A stretch of DNA of 64,000 nt from a virus, in IMG/VR virus record IMGVR_UViG_3300035438_000194, positions 32,001 through 96,000 of that record; one strand, 5' to 3'. Positions 1-9,040 of the stretch are shown piece by piece (position 1 is the stretch's first letter; every line of letters starts with the position of its first letter). Position numbers and translations under genes: made by a program. The notes below the pieces were generated by a model. The model saw nothing but the letters and a program-made list of their open reading frames with translations. It searched no databases and had not been told where the DNA came from.

Positions 1-1
1 A

Positions 2-877
2 TCTGTAACTAGTCTTGAGACTATGGTTTCACGCATGGGTAAGGACTATGTTAAGCGTGCTGTAAACAACGGTTCATTATCTCGTACTTTCTTAACTGCA
101 ATGGAAGCAGCTCACTTGACTAAAGTAGCTACTGACATCGAGACCTACTTAATGTGGGGACAAGGTGGACGTGTACGTCAAGACGGTCCGGATGACTTGC
201 GTTTATCTGTGGGTCTTTGGAAGCAATTGGATAACTCATTCAAGCGCATCTATAACAAGTCTAACTTCAACTTGGATTTGTTCCGTTCAGAGATTTATAA
301 CTTCTACGCTGGTAAGGTTGACTTCCAAGGACCAGATCCTAAGCGTCAGTTGATTGTACAAACTGGAATGGGTGGTATGCGTATGGTTAACGAAGCAATC
401 AAGCGTGAAGCAATGTCTTCTGGATTGTTGATCCAAGCTGCTGACATCGGAGCAATCACTGGTAAAGGTATGGACTTGAACTTTGGATTTGCTTACACTT
501 CTTATGTTATCCCATTCTTGGCTAACGTTAAGTTTGTGTTGAACCCAGCGTTTGATAACTTACATACTAACGACATTGAAAACCCAATCATTGATGGTTT
601 CCCATTGTCTTCTTACTCATTCATTATCTTTGATATCACAGATAACACTAATGACAACATCTTCTTGTTGAAGTTATCTTGGGATAATCAATTGAAGTGG
701 TGGTACCAAAACGGAACTATGGATTACATGGGACGTACCCAAGGTTTCCAAAGCTCTGGTCAATTCAACGGATACCGTGTATTCATGACACAAACAATGC
801 CTGCGATCTGGGTTAAAGACCCAACCAAAGTATTGAAGATTGTTATGCGTAACCCGGTTACTGGCGGATCATTCTAA
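2..877 (+). CDS. Major capsid protein, C-terminal part (5'-truncated by the window edge)
   Basis: Frame is open from position 2 (no stop upstream of ATG 23); codon usage looks high-expression (cgt, ttc, aac); followed by a strong terminator; position at the head of a crAss-like structural module. Confidence 0.75.
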   Translation, partial: SVTSLETMVSRMGKDYVKRAVNNGSLSRTFLTAMEAAHLTKVATDIETYLMWGQGGRVRQDGPDDLRLSVGLWKQLDNSFKRIYNKSNFNLDLFRSEIYNFYAGKVDFQGPDPKRQLIVQTGMGGMRMVNEAIKREAMSSGLLIQAADIGAITGKGMDLNFGFAYTSYVIPFLANVKFVLNPAFDNLHTNDIENPIIDGFPLSSYSFIIFDITDNTNDNIFLLKLSWDNQLKWWYQNGTMDYMGRTQGFQSSGQFNGYRVFMTQTMPAIWVKDPTKVLKIVMRNPVTGGSF

Positions 878-895
878 TCAAACTATATGTAAAAC

Positions 896-922
896 GGGGG
901 AGAGTCAAATCTCCCCTTTTTT
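896..922 (+). terminator. Rho-independent terminator after the capsid gene
   Basis: GGGGAGA-gtcaaa-TCTCCCC followed by T6. Confidence 0.85.
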
Positions 923-961
923 ACTACCTTTACAAAAACCAATAAAATAAAACCAACTATT

Positions 962-1975
962 ATGAGCTTTACACTTGTAGAAACTAAGTCCAGTACTAAG
1001 CGTAGTCCTGTGGCTGTTAAACCTTACTTTGACGGAAATTTATCAAACATGGGTCTAGAGAAATACGGACTATCATTGTTTGAAGGAGTAACCCACTATG
1101 AACAACTAGCATGCCTTGAGAACAATGGTATCAAGCGTTATGTTACAGGTCTTAATGAGTTTGCACCGGATGTTAGAAACATTCCAGATCCTGAGAAGCG
1201 TGAGGCAAAGATTAGAGAGATTAGATCAGCTGTTGCTGAACTAGAAAAGATTCTAGCTGCTAATACAGTAGACATAGATGACAAAGACTTCTGGCACAAA
1301 GTTGAATTGTTAAAACCTAACAATGATGAATTTTGGGGCAAGATTGAAATGAAGTGTGGTAATGATCCTATATTCTTAGATCCTACAGATCCTTATGATT
1401 TGATTAAGATCTACGCAATTAATGCTGGAGGATTCAGCATCATTGCAAAGAGCTATGAGGATGCACGCTCACGTCAGAAGGCACCTAAGTTCTTTTTAGA
1501 TAGATTTGAAGACACTGTATCTACTAAGACTGAAAGTAAGAAATTACGTAACAAAGCACTTGCTGAGTTACAGAAGATATTTGATAAGAATACAAACAAA
1601 CTACTTTTTGTAGCTAAGGTTGTAGACATTGCTGGAGCACAATATAAGAAAGCTACTTCTAATGATGTTGTTTATGATAACATGGATAGCTTTATTAATG
1701 GAGAGGGAAGTGAGAAGAATCTAAACAGAGCGGCCCAAATGTTTTTGGATACCTGCAATTTGGATATGGAGACGTTGAAGTTACGTGCTATGGTTAAGGA
1801 TGCTACTTACTACAAGATCATCATTACAAAAGCAGATGGATTTATCTACCACAAAGATAACGCAGCGTTATTAGGTAGAAACCAAGCGGATGTAGTTGAG
1901 TATCTTAAGAACCCGTTGAATGATGAAATTCTTCAGGATATTACAAAAAAAGTAGAGAAGTTTTGGAATTCTTAA
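962..1975 (+). CDS. Conserved phage protein downstream of the capsid gene (337 aa), function unknown
   Basis: Long ORF with A-rich start region; position typical of the crAss-like capsid block. Confidence 0.7.
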   Translation: MSFTLVETKSSTKRSPVAVKPYFDGNLSNMGLEKYGLSLFEGVTHYEQLACLENNGIKRYVTGLNEFAPDVRNIPDPEKREAKIREIRSAVAELEKILAANTVDIDDKDFWHKVELLKPNNDEFWGKIEMKCGNDPIFLDPTDPYDLIKIYAINAGGFSIIAKSYEDARSRQKAPKFFLDRFEDTVSTKTESKKLRNKALAELQKIFDKNTNKLLFVAKVVDIAGAQYKKATSNDVVYDNMDSFINGEGSEKNLNRAAQMFLDTCNLDMETLKLRAMVKDATYYKIIITKADGFIYHKDNAALLGRNQADVVEYLKNPLNDEILQDITKKVEKFWNS

Positions 1976-2008
1976 TTAACTTAGTATAAACTATATATAT
2001 TAAATACA

Positions 2009-2842
2009 ATGCCAAAAAATCCAGTAAGAGCGGCCCGTCAAGCATCTAGACAGGCAATCCGCACTGCAAAAACTGCAAATCGTCAAGATGCACGTACTTT
2101 AAAGACTACTGCTAAAGTAGAAAAGATTGCTAATAAAACAGCTAGCAAGATAGCTAAGATCAAAGCTGCTGCACCTAAGAGAGCTGCTGAAGCTCCAATG
2201 GAGAAAATAGAAGCTAAAGGAATGACTAAGATTAGTTCACCTAAATCTTCAGGACCAGTTAAGTCTACTCCACGTTCTATGACTGAAGTAGCTAAAGGAA
2301 TGAAGCCTAAGAAGTCTGCTTCTAGGTCAGGTTCTAGATCTGGTTCAGGTGGCGGTGGTGGAAGACCAGCTCCAGCAAGAACTACTCCTGTTTCAGAAAC
2401 TATTAAAAAGTCTGCTGAAAAAATGGGATGGGATCTTAATAAGAAGAACACACCGAAAGGTAAGGGTATTTATGATGGCATGAGCAAAGATGCTATGGAC
2501 TATTCTGCTCGTGATATTATTAGAGGTGGAAAGAATACCGTAAAAGAGACTGGAAGACAGATCAAGATGTACGGTGAGGCTAAAGGGCGTCAAGCTAATG
2601 ACAGTTATGAAGGTGCGAAACAAGCTGTAAAACGCGGTCTTGATATGATCAATCCTTTCAGCACTAAGAAAAAAGGTGGATCTGTTAAGAAATATCAAAC
2701 TGGCGGTAAGGTAGATCCTTATACAACTAAGCCTACAGCTACATCACCTATGTACAAAAGATCAGGTGTTACTTTAAAAAAGAATCCTGATGGTACATAT
2801 ACTAAAGCTAAAGTAGGTGGAATGGTTAAACGTAAAAAATAA
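2009..2842 (+). CDS. Lys/Ala/Arg-rich basic low-complexity protein (histone H1-like composition) with xxGG motifs
   Basis: Composition; KKKGG, YQTGG and AKVGG motifs. Confidence 0.7.
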   Translation: MPKNPVRAARQASRQAIRTAKTANRQDARTLKTTAKVEKIANKTASKIAKIKAAAPKRAAEAPMEKIEAKGMTKISSPKSSGPVKSTPRSMTEVAKGMKPKKSASRSGSRSGSGGGGGRPAPARTTPVSETIKKSAEKMGWDLNKKNTPKGKGIYDGMSKDAMDYSARDIIRGGKNTVKETGRQIKMYGEAKGRQANDSYEGAKQAVKRGLDMINPFSTKKKGGSVKKYQTGGKVDPYTTKPTATSPMYKRSGVTLKKNPDGTYTKAKVGGMVKRKK

Positions 2843-2848
2843 TATATT

Positions 2849-3064
2849 ATGAAAGCTTCAGGAAAAGGGATTGGTGGAAAATCCAACCCAAACAACAAAT
2901 CAGTATTTAACTATACTCCTACATCATTAGGTAAGTCATCAGGTCATGTTAACGCATCACCAAAGGCTACTAAGATTTCTGCTGGTAAATCTTCAGGTCA
3001 TGTGAACAAACCAGTTCCTATGCCTAAGAGAAGTGGTGCTACACAAATGCGTAGAGGATACTAA
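2849..3064 (+). CDS. Small basic protein with a duplicated GKSSGHVN motif
   Basis: ORF track; internal repeat. Confidence 0.65.
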   Translation: MKASGKGIGGKSNPNNKSVFNYTPTSLGKSSGHVNASPKATKISAGKSSGHVNKPVPMPKRSGATQMRRGY

Positions 3065-3065
3065 G

Positions 3066-3197
3066 ATGAATACTATACTAGATAAAAAAGAGGCTAGTAA
3101 ATTAATTGGTGCTTCAAAGTCCCCAGCCTATAAAAAGGGCGGGGCTTTGACATCTATCTACCCTACTAAAAAAGATGGCTGCGGCTGCAAGAAGTAA
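3066..3197 (+). CDS. 43-aa basic peptide MNTILDKKEASKLIGASKSPAYKKGGALTSIYPTKKDGCGCKK (not in ORF track)
   Basis: Fills the gap between genes; stop overlaps the next ATG (TAATG); carries YKKGG and CGC motifs. Confidence 0.7.
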   Translation: MNTILDKKEASKLIGASKSPAYKKGGALTSIYPTKKDGCGCKK

Positions 3198-3535
3198 TGC
3201 CTAAAGATGCTTGCTATAGTAAAGTAAAAGCACAGTATGCTGTGTTCCCCTCAGCGAGGGCTTCTCAGGCTATTGCTAAATGTAGAAAAGGATCTGGTAC
3301 AGTTAGAAAAACTAAAGCAGGTTCTGATCTAAAAAGATGGCAAGCTGAAAAGTGGCAAGATACTAAGAGTGGTAAAGCTTGTGGTGCAGGTGGTAAGAAT
3401 GAATATTGCAGACCCACCAAGAAAATATCTAAGGATACGCCTAAAACAAAATATCAACTTACTCCATCTAAACTAGCTGCTAAGAAAGCAGAAAAGTCTA
3501 GAGTGGGTATGGGTAACAGAGTTAAAAAAGCATAA
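3197..3535 (+). CDS. Small basic Cys-containing viral protein (DUF5872-like)
   Basis: KDACYSKVKAQY.VFPSA and LKRWQAEKW...CG...CRP..KISKDTPKT motifs resemble a widespread viral family. Confidence 0.6.
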   Translation: MPKDACYSKVKAQYAVFPSARASQAIAKCRKGSGTVRKTKAGSDLKRWQAEKWQDTKSGKACGAGGKNEYCRPTKKISKDTPKTKYQLTPSKLAAKKAEKSRVGMGNRVKKA

Positions 3536-3536
3536 T

Positions 3537-3809
3537 ATGGCAAAGACACCAGCTTGGACCCGCAAGGAAGGTAAAGACCCAAAAGGAGGTCTTAATAAAA
3601 AAGGTGTAGCATCTTATAGAGCTGCTAACCCGGGAAGCAAGTTACAGACCGCTGTAACTACTAAACCTTCCAAGTTAAAACCTGGAAGTAAAGATGCTAA
3701 CAGAAGAAAGAGCTTCTGTGCTAGAATGTCTGGTATGCCCGGACCTATGAAAGATGAGAAAGGCAAACCTACAAGGAAAGCCTTATCACTTAGAAAATGG
3801 AATTGTTAA
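3537..3809 (+). CDS. Small basic phage protein (DUF6321-like)
   Basis: AWTRKEGK.PKGGLN.KG.ASY...RRKSFCARM.G...LRKWNC motif. Confidence 0.6.
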   Translation: MAKTPAWTRKEGKDPKGGLNKKGVASYRAANPGSKLQTAVTTKPSKLKPGSKDANRRKSFCARMSGMPGPMKDEKGKPTRKALSLRKWNC

Positions 3810-3828
3810 ATATTAAAACTTATATACA

Positions 3829-4488
3829 ATGAGAAACGCAGCTAAAGCAGGTGGTCCTGTTACTAAAAAGAAAAAATATAATACAGGTGGTGGTTTTATC
3901 ATGGGAGATCCCAAAAAAGCTATCAGAATAGATAATAGAATGGAGCGTTTGGGTGAAAGAAGTCAAAGACTTCAGAGTAAAGCAAATAATTCTAGTACCA
4001 TGAGCCAAAAAAGAGATGATAGGCTTATGGATAAAGTTCAAAAGATACAAGAAAAAAAAGGAGCATTACGTAAAGAACGCAATGCTTTAACTAATTATAC
4101 TGAAGGTTATATGGCAAAAGGTGGTGTGGTTAAAAAGAAAATGGCCAGTGGTGGTGCTGTTATAGCATCTCCTATTCAAACACGTCTAGGTAATAAACCA
4201 GTTGCTGGTGGTAACATGGCTAAAGGTGGATCTACATCTTTTGGTATGCTCTCTGTAAAAAAAGGAGTAGACAATAATCCTGCTCCCACAAAAGCTGATC
4301 AAATTGCAGGAGCTACTATGAAAAAAGGCGGTGGTGTAAAACACCCTGGATTCAAAGCAGTTCAAGCAAAGATTGCTGCTAAATCTGGTGTATCTAAAAA
4401 AGCTGCTGGAGCTATCTTAGCTGCTAGCACGCGTAAGGCTTCTGCTAAAGCAAAGGCTGCTAACCCAAGACTAAAGAGAGTTAAATAA
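3829..4488 (+). CDS. Modular basic protein with six or more xxGG motifs
   Basis: AKAGG, YNTGG, MAKGG x2, MASGG and MKKGG separate short basic modules. Confidence 0.7.
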   Translation: MRNAAKAGGPVTKKKKYNTGGGFIMGDPKKAIRIDNRMERLGERSQRLQSKANNSSTMSQKRDDRLMDKVQKIQEKKGALRKERNALTNYTEGYMAKGGVVKKKMASGGAVIASPIQTRLGNKPVAGGNMAKGGSTSFGMLSVKKGVDNNPAPTKADQIAGATMKKGGGVKHPGFKAVQAKIAAKSGVSKKAAGAILAASTRKASAKAKAANPRLKRVK

Positions 4489-4490
4489 GA

Positions 4491-5198
4491 ATGAACAACA
4501 CAACCCTACAGCTTAAAATTAAGCAGAGACTTAACAAGCTTGATAGCCAAGACTATGACAACATTGAATGTTGGCAAATGGTTGAGGCTTTCAATAAGGG
4601 TCAGGTTGAATGGGTGAGACGTCAGATCCAAGGCTTGAACATTACCAAAACTGGTGATGAGCAAACTACCATGCGTGTAGATGACTTACAAAGACTTCTT
4701 ACAGAGGAAAGATTAGATATGACTTCTAGAGATAGTTTCTATGAGTCAGACCTACTACCTTCTAATTATATGTATTATAAGAGAGTTAATATCCATGCTC
4801 ACAAAGATTGTTGTGAGACCAGAAAGGATATGACTGTTACTTATCTTGCAGAAGAAGAGAACGTATCCTTACTTCTAGGTGATTCTTTAAAGAAGCCTAG
4901 TTTTGAATGGGGTGAAACATTCTGCACATTTGTGGGTAACCATCTTAGAGTTTATACAGGTAATGATTTTGAAGTAGCAACAGCTATCTTAATGTACTAT
5001 AGATTCCCGGTTAATGTTCAGTTTGCTGGATGCGTGGATCCTTATACATTACAAGCATCTGCAACAGATGTAGAGTGCGAGTTCAAAGATGATATTGCTG
5101 AAATCTTAGTTGATGAAGCAGTACAGATTCTTGCAGGAGACATGGAGTCAATTACTCAGTATCAGATAGCCCAGTCTACATCACAAAGCAATACATAA
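4491..5198 (+). CDS. Putative head-tail connector/ring protein
   Basis: N-terminal helical connector-like segment (KQRLNKLDSQ...EAFNKGQVEWV); size and synteny in crAss-like structural block. Confidence 0.5.
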   Translation: MNNTTLQLKIKQRLNKLDSQDYDNIECWQMVEAFNKGQVEWVRRQIQGLNITKTGDEQTTMRVDDLQRLLTEERLDMTSRDSFYESDLLPSNYMYYKRVNIHAHKDCCETRKDMTVTYLAEEENVSLLLGDSLKKPSFEWGETFCTFVGNHLRVYTGNDFEVATAILMYYRFPVNVQFAGCVDPYTLQASATDVECEFKDDIAEILVDEAVQILAGDMESITQYQIAQSTSQSNT

Positions 5199-5209
5199 AA
5201 TTATATATC

Positions 5210-5731
5210 ATGGCGGAAGCACCTAGAAATTTATTAAAGAGAGATTCAGAACCGGTTAAGAAAATTAGCAGACCTGTTGCTACAGTAACACAACCTAAAG
5301 AAGAATCTGCTAAACCTGAGCCTACTCCAGATGCTGGTGTTGGTGGTAGTTCATTAGATACTATGACTGCAGCTTGTGCAACAGAAATGATGAACGCTGC
5401 AGTAAGTTTTCATAGACTGCATCTCAAAGTAAAAGGTGATGGTTCATATGCCGCTCATAAAGCGTTGGGTGGATTCTATGAAGGATTGCACGGTTATGCT
5501 GATACACTTATAGAAGGTTATCAAGGTGTAGCTGAAAAGCTTTTAAGTTATAAAGATATGCCTATCCGTACACTAGATACTACAGCAGATGCGGTAGCTT
5601 ATCTTAGAGATATGTATAACTCTATCAATAAACTTCAAGGTATGATGCCTTACTCTGAGATAGTTAATAACTTAGATTTAGTTAAGGATTCTATTAACTC
5701 AACTAAATACAAACTACTTTTCTTGAAATAA
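5210..5731 (+). CDS. Dps/ferritin-like four-helix-bundle protein (DUF5856-like)
   Basis: H..H....SYAAHKAL..FYE.L...D.LIE.YQG motif. Confidence 0.75.
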   Translation: MAEAPRNLLKRDSEPVKKISRPVATVTQPKEESAKPEPTPDAGVGGSSLDTMTAACATEMMNAAVSFHRLHLKVKGDGSYAAHKALGGFYEGLHGYADTLIEGYQGVAEKLLSYKDMPIRTLDTTADAVAYLRDMYNSINKLQGMMPYSEIVNNLDLVKDSINSTKYKLLFLK

Positions 5732-5796
5732 TTTGGAGAATCTAAAAGTTCTTCTTATATTGAATATATATTTATAACCCTTAAAAAAACAAAAAC

Positions 5797-7095
5797 ATGG
5801 CTTATTTTAATCATGCCTTTCAAAAGATGTTTGTTGGAACCAGTGGTTTCCGAACAGCTGCTGGACAGTCTACGACTAGCCTTGATTTAGGAGAATTCAC
5901 TTTTGTGGATCCTAAAACTTGGTTAACTCCAGACTTAATTCCTGCTACTACTGTTAAGTGCCCATTGGTGCTTGTATCAGGTTCAATTCACGAAGGAAAA
6001 GACAAGATTGGTCCTTACCACGGTGGATATGCTGAGACTGTAAAGTCTAAGACTATCAATCCTAAGTATGTATCAGCTTTCTATCGCGTTGATCCATGTC
6101 CTGCACAACAAGCTCAACTTACAGTTGGTGCTACAGAGACTAGCTTTGAGACTGCTTCTTGCACAAAAGATTTCTTGTGTGGAGAAACTTACAACCTACG
6201 TGTTGACATCAAAGGTTCACCAGTATTGCGTACGTTAACTCGTAACACTTACTATACTGCTGCAGCTTATACAGGATGTTGCGCTGAGGATGCAATTGCT
6301 CCAGTAGCAGTTAATCCTTTGATTGTATACGTACAATGGGCTTACCAATTGTTGAACTCACCTTTGATCAATCCGTTCATTCAAGTAGGTATCACTTACA
6401 CTACTGATAGCGGTACAAGCTGGTCTGAACTTGGAGATGGTACTTCTTCAAAATCTAACTTAGATGAGTTGTTAGGATATATCCAAGATCCAACTTCTCT
6501 TCCTACAGTTGACCCTACTGCTGCTACAGATGGAGCTGGTTTGATTGTTACTGGCGCTTACGTTGATACACGCTTTAGCAACTGTACTTTCTACCCAAAT
6601 GATTCTATCATTGCTTTCTTAGAGCCAGTTAAGCTTTATGCTTCTGAAGTAGATCTTAATGGTGATCCATGTGCATTTAACGGTATCTGTGTAAATCAAG
6701 GTTGTCCTGGTTATCAGTTGAAAGGGTCAGGAGAGAATATCATCCGTGATCTTATCTTGACTGAAGGTTACATGCAACAACCTTTCTATACTGGATCTGA
6801 CTTGCGTATCCGCGAGATCACTAACGGTACAGATGTGTATGATGCAATTGATCGTTTCTCTACATACACTCGTTACTACTTGCAACACAGTGTACCACGC
6901 TTTAACAACCCTTCTGGAACATTTGATAATGACCAGTACTTGTTAGAGATTGTTACTGATGGTGATGATGCTGCTTTTGAAGCATTTGTTGCAGCATGGT
7001 TGACTAACGCTGGTTCTGATTGTGTAATATCTGACCCATATGGTTGTCCAGATGAGTGTGTTTACACTGAGCCTGCTATATTTCCGGTAGTCTAA
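5797..7095 (+). CDS. Abundant virion structural protein (auxiliary capsid/decoration-like), Cys-rich
   Basis: Capsid-gene-like codon bias; own promoter-like box upstream and terminator downstream; beta-rich sequence. Confidence 0.55.
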   Translation: MAYFNHAFQKMFVGTSGFRTAAGQSTTSLDLGEFTFVDPKTWLTPDLIPATTVKCPLVLVSGSIHEGKDKIGPYHGGYAETVKSKTINPKYVSAFYRVDPCPAQQAQLTVGATETSFETASCTKDFLCGETYNLRVDIKGSPVLRTLTRNTYYTAAAYTGCCAEDAIAPVAVNPLIVYVQWAYQLLNSPLINPFIQVGITYTTDSGTSWSELGDGTSSKSNLDELLGYIQDPTSLPTVDPTAATDGAGLIVTGAYVDTRFSNCTFYPNDSIIAFLEPVKLYASEVDLNGDPCAFNGICVNQGCPGYQLKGSGENIIRDLILTEGYMQQPFYTGSDLRIREITNGTDVYDAIDRFSTYTRYYLQHSVPRFNNPSGTFDNDQYLLEIVTDGDDAAFEAFVAAWLTNAGSDCVISDPYGCPDECVYTEPAIFPVV

Positions 7096-7111
7096 TCTTA
7101 ACTAAACTTAT

Positions 7112-7143
7112 AAAAAGGGAGGGAGCAAATCCCTCCCTTTTTT
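7112..7143 (+). terminator. Rho-independent (probably bidirectional) terminator
   Basis: AAAAAGGGAGGGA-gcaaa-TCCCTCCCTTTTT. Confidence 0.9.
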
Positions 7144-7148
7144 ATATA

Positions 7149-7472
7149 ATGAAAACCTGTGAATATAGAAATTGTAGTAACGTCTTTAAAGAAAGAGGTC
7201 CTAAAAAGTTTTGTTCTAGAAACTGTAAGCAGTATAATAAACACGTTAACTGTGAAAAAAGAAAACTGATTAAGAAAATTAAGAAAAGACCCTATATTGT
7301 TTATAGAAAAAATTACTGCGAGAACTGTAAATTTGTAGCCTTACACAAGTGTCAACTTGATGTGGATCATATAGATGGTAACCATAAGAATAATGATCCA
7401 AGTAATCTTCAGACACTGTGTGCAAACTGCCACAGATTAAAAACTTACTTGAATAAGGATTGGATTCCATAA
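7149..7472 (+). CDS. HNH endonuclease with N-terminal Zn-finger (free-standing homing endonuclease-like)
   Basis: C..C...LDVDHIDGNHKNNDPSNLQTLCANCHRLKT motif; more AT-rich than neighbours. Confidence 0.9.
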   Translation: MKTCEYRNCSNVFKERGPKKFCSRNCKQYNKHVNCEKRKLIKKIKKRPYIVYRKNYCENCKFVALHKCQLDVDHIDGNHKNNDPSNLQTLCANCHRLKTYLNKDWIP

Positions 7473-7504
7473 AAAAACTCCTTCCCTTTTTATTTTTTAC
7501 CTTA

Positions 7505-7512
7505 TATCTTTG
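7505..7512 (+). promoter_or_regulatory. Bacteroidota-type -7 promoter box TATCTTTG
   Basis: Exact TAnnTTTG match 12 nt upstream of ATG 7525; no clear -33 TTTG. Confidence 0.45.
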
Positions 7513-7524
7513 TAACTTAGTACT

Positions 7525-8079
7525 ATGGCACAACACGCACTCTCAATAGAAATTCCAGATGTTCTTACTACATGTATCTTTAGAGTTATTGATACAAGTA
7601 CATATAATGAGAACGTACCGCTGGAATGCCCTAAGCTGCAAATAACAGCTCCGGGATTTACCACTGCAACTGAGTTGCAACCAGGTACAGACTTCTCAGT
7701 TAATTACACAGCTTGTGATTTAGGTCTACAGCTAACTAACTGTGCGACAACTAGAAATGCAATACCTGACGGTGTGTATGTTGTTAGATATAGTGTAGCT
7801 CCCAATGAGACTGTTTATGTAGAGTATAACCACTTGCGTATTACTCAGGCATTGAACCAGATCAATGAGTTACTTTGTTGTCTTGATGTTCCTAGTTGCG
7901 AGCCTCAGGGACCAATTAAAACTAAATTACAAGAAGTGCAACTTCTTTGGACCATGTTGCAAGCTGCTAAAGCACGTGTAGAGTATTGTCACAATCCTTC
8001 TGAAGGTATGGCAATGTATACATATGTTATAGGTAAGCTTAGAAAGCTAGCTTGTGGATGCGGGTGCGGATCATGTTAA
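7525..8079 (+). CDS. Cys-rich putative tail/fibre-attachment protein ending in CGCGCGSC
   Basis: ORF; position ahead of the fibre genes. Confidence 0.55.
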   Translation: MAQHALSIEIPDVLTTCIFRVIDTSTYNENVPLECPKLQITAPGFTTATELQPGTDFSVNYTACDLGLQLTNCATTRNAIPDGVYVVRYSVAPNETVYVEYNHLRITQALNQINELLCCLDVPSCEPQGPIKTKLQEVQLLWTMLQAAKARVEYCHNPSEGMAMYTYVIGKLRKLACGCGCGSC

Positions 8080-8100
8080 TAATTTAAAAACCAACATATT

Positions 8101-8232
8101 ATGAAATGTCCAAATTGTGGTGCAACGTTTACTTGCGGTTGTCAGAAGAGAGCAACTGCTGATGGAAAACAAGGATGTACAAAATGTATAGCTACCTTAA
8201 AGAAAGATAAGGTAGCATCAAAAATTAAATAA
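8101..8232 (+). CDS. 43-aa Cys-rich peptide MKCPNCGATFTCGCQKRATADGKQGCTKCIATLKKDKVASKIK (not in ORF track)
   Basis: Fills the gap; AAACCAACA leader; CxxC, CGC and CxxC motifs. Confidence 0.7.
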   Translation: MKCPNCGATFTCGCQKRATADGKQGCTKCIATLKKDKVASKIK

Positions 8233-8238
8233 AACAAA

Positions 8239-9012
8239 ATGGCAGTAGCAACCTGTTCTTTTATAGATTGTAAGGGTGAGTTACCCGATATGCGTACAAC
8301 GGTGGCACTGACTCCTGCGCTATCAACTTTTCCTGCAAATCTTAATAACGTAATAGTTTATCTTGCTGAGTATCCTGACACTTGTTGGAGAGCTTTAAAA
8401 ACGGGAGACCCTGCGTTGCAATTGCCATACAATGTATTAAACGTATATACAGAATGCGCTGCTTGTATAGATGCTATACCCGTACCAGCTATAGTTAATG
8501 TTTATATTCTAGAAGACTGTTTAGAAGTTGAAGATCCTATATATTCTTTCTCATCAGCTCTTGAAGATGCTGTAGGTAAGGTTATAAAGATTGAAGGATC
8601 AGAACTTTGTTGGGGTGTATCAACAGTATTATTTGATGATCAAACTATTACTAATGTTGTAATAGCTACTAATAAAGCTGATGTTCCTCAGATATTTGCA
8701 GACTGTGAGTGCTGTCTTCCTACACCGGAACCAGCTCCTATTAAGTATACTAGAGTTATACCTAAGCCTGATAGAAAGTTTTATCAGATTAAGCAGAGCC
8801 AGTGTGATATAAAAGCTAACATACGATTTGCAGATGGATACTATAGACTATTCAAGCAATTAAAGTACGGTATAGATAGTCAATGTGATAATGTTAATCT
8901 AGAAAGATTGTGGATAAAAAAGAATCTATCTGATCTAGCGGTGATTAATGATCCTACAGCTTGTATTATAACTACTCCTGTTACTCCAGTTATTTGTCCA
9001 GAACCTAGTTAA
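8239..9012 (+). CDS. Cys-rich putative tail/fibre-associated protein
   Basis: Internal repeat (..DC...G.VI.....CW.......C..C); structural context. Confidence 0.55.
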   Translation: MAVATCSFIDCKGELPDMRTTVALTPALSTFPANLNNVIVYLAEYPDTCWRALKTGDPALQLPYNVLNVYTECAACIDAIPVPAIVNVYILEDCLEVEDPIYSFSSALEDAVGKVIKIEGSELCWGVSTVLFDDQTITNVVIATNKADVPQIFADCECCLPTPEPAPIKYTRVIPKPDRKFYQIKQSQCDIKANIRFADGYYRLFKQLKYGIDSQCDNVNLERLWIKKNLSDLAVINDPTACIITTPVTPVICPEPS

Positions 9013-9020
9013 TTAGATAA

Positions 9021-9037
9021 AAATTTTGTAAATTATA
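9021..9037 (+). promoter_or_regulatory. Putative late promoter motif AAATTTTGTAAATTATA (copy 1)
   Basis: Identical 17-mer at 11174-11190; both are intergenic and just upstream of starts. Confidence 0.55.
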
Positions 9038-9040
9038 TAT

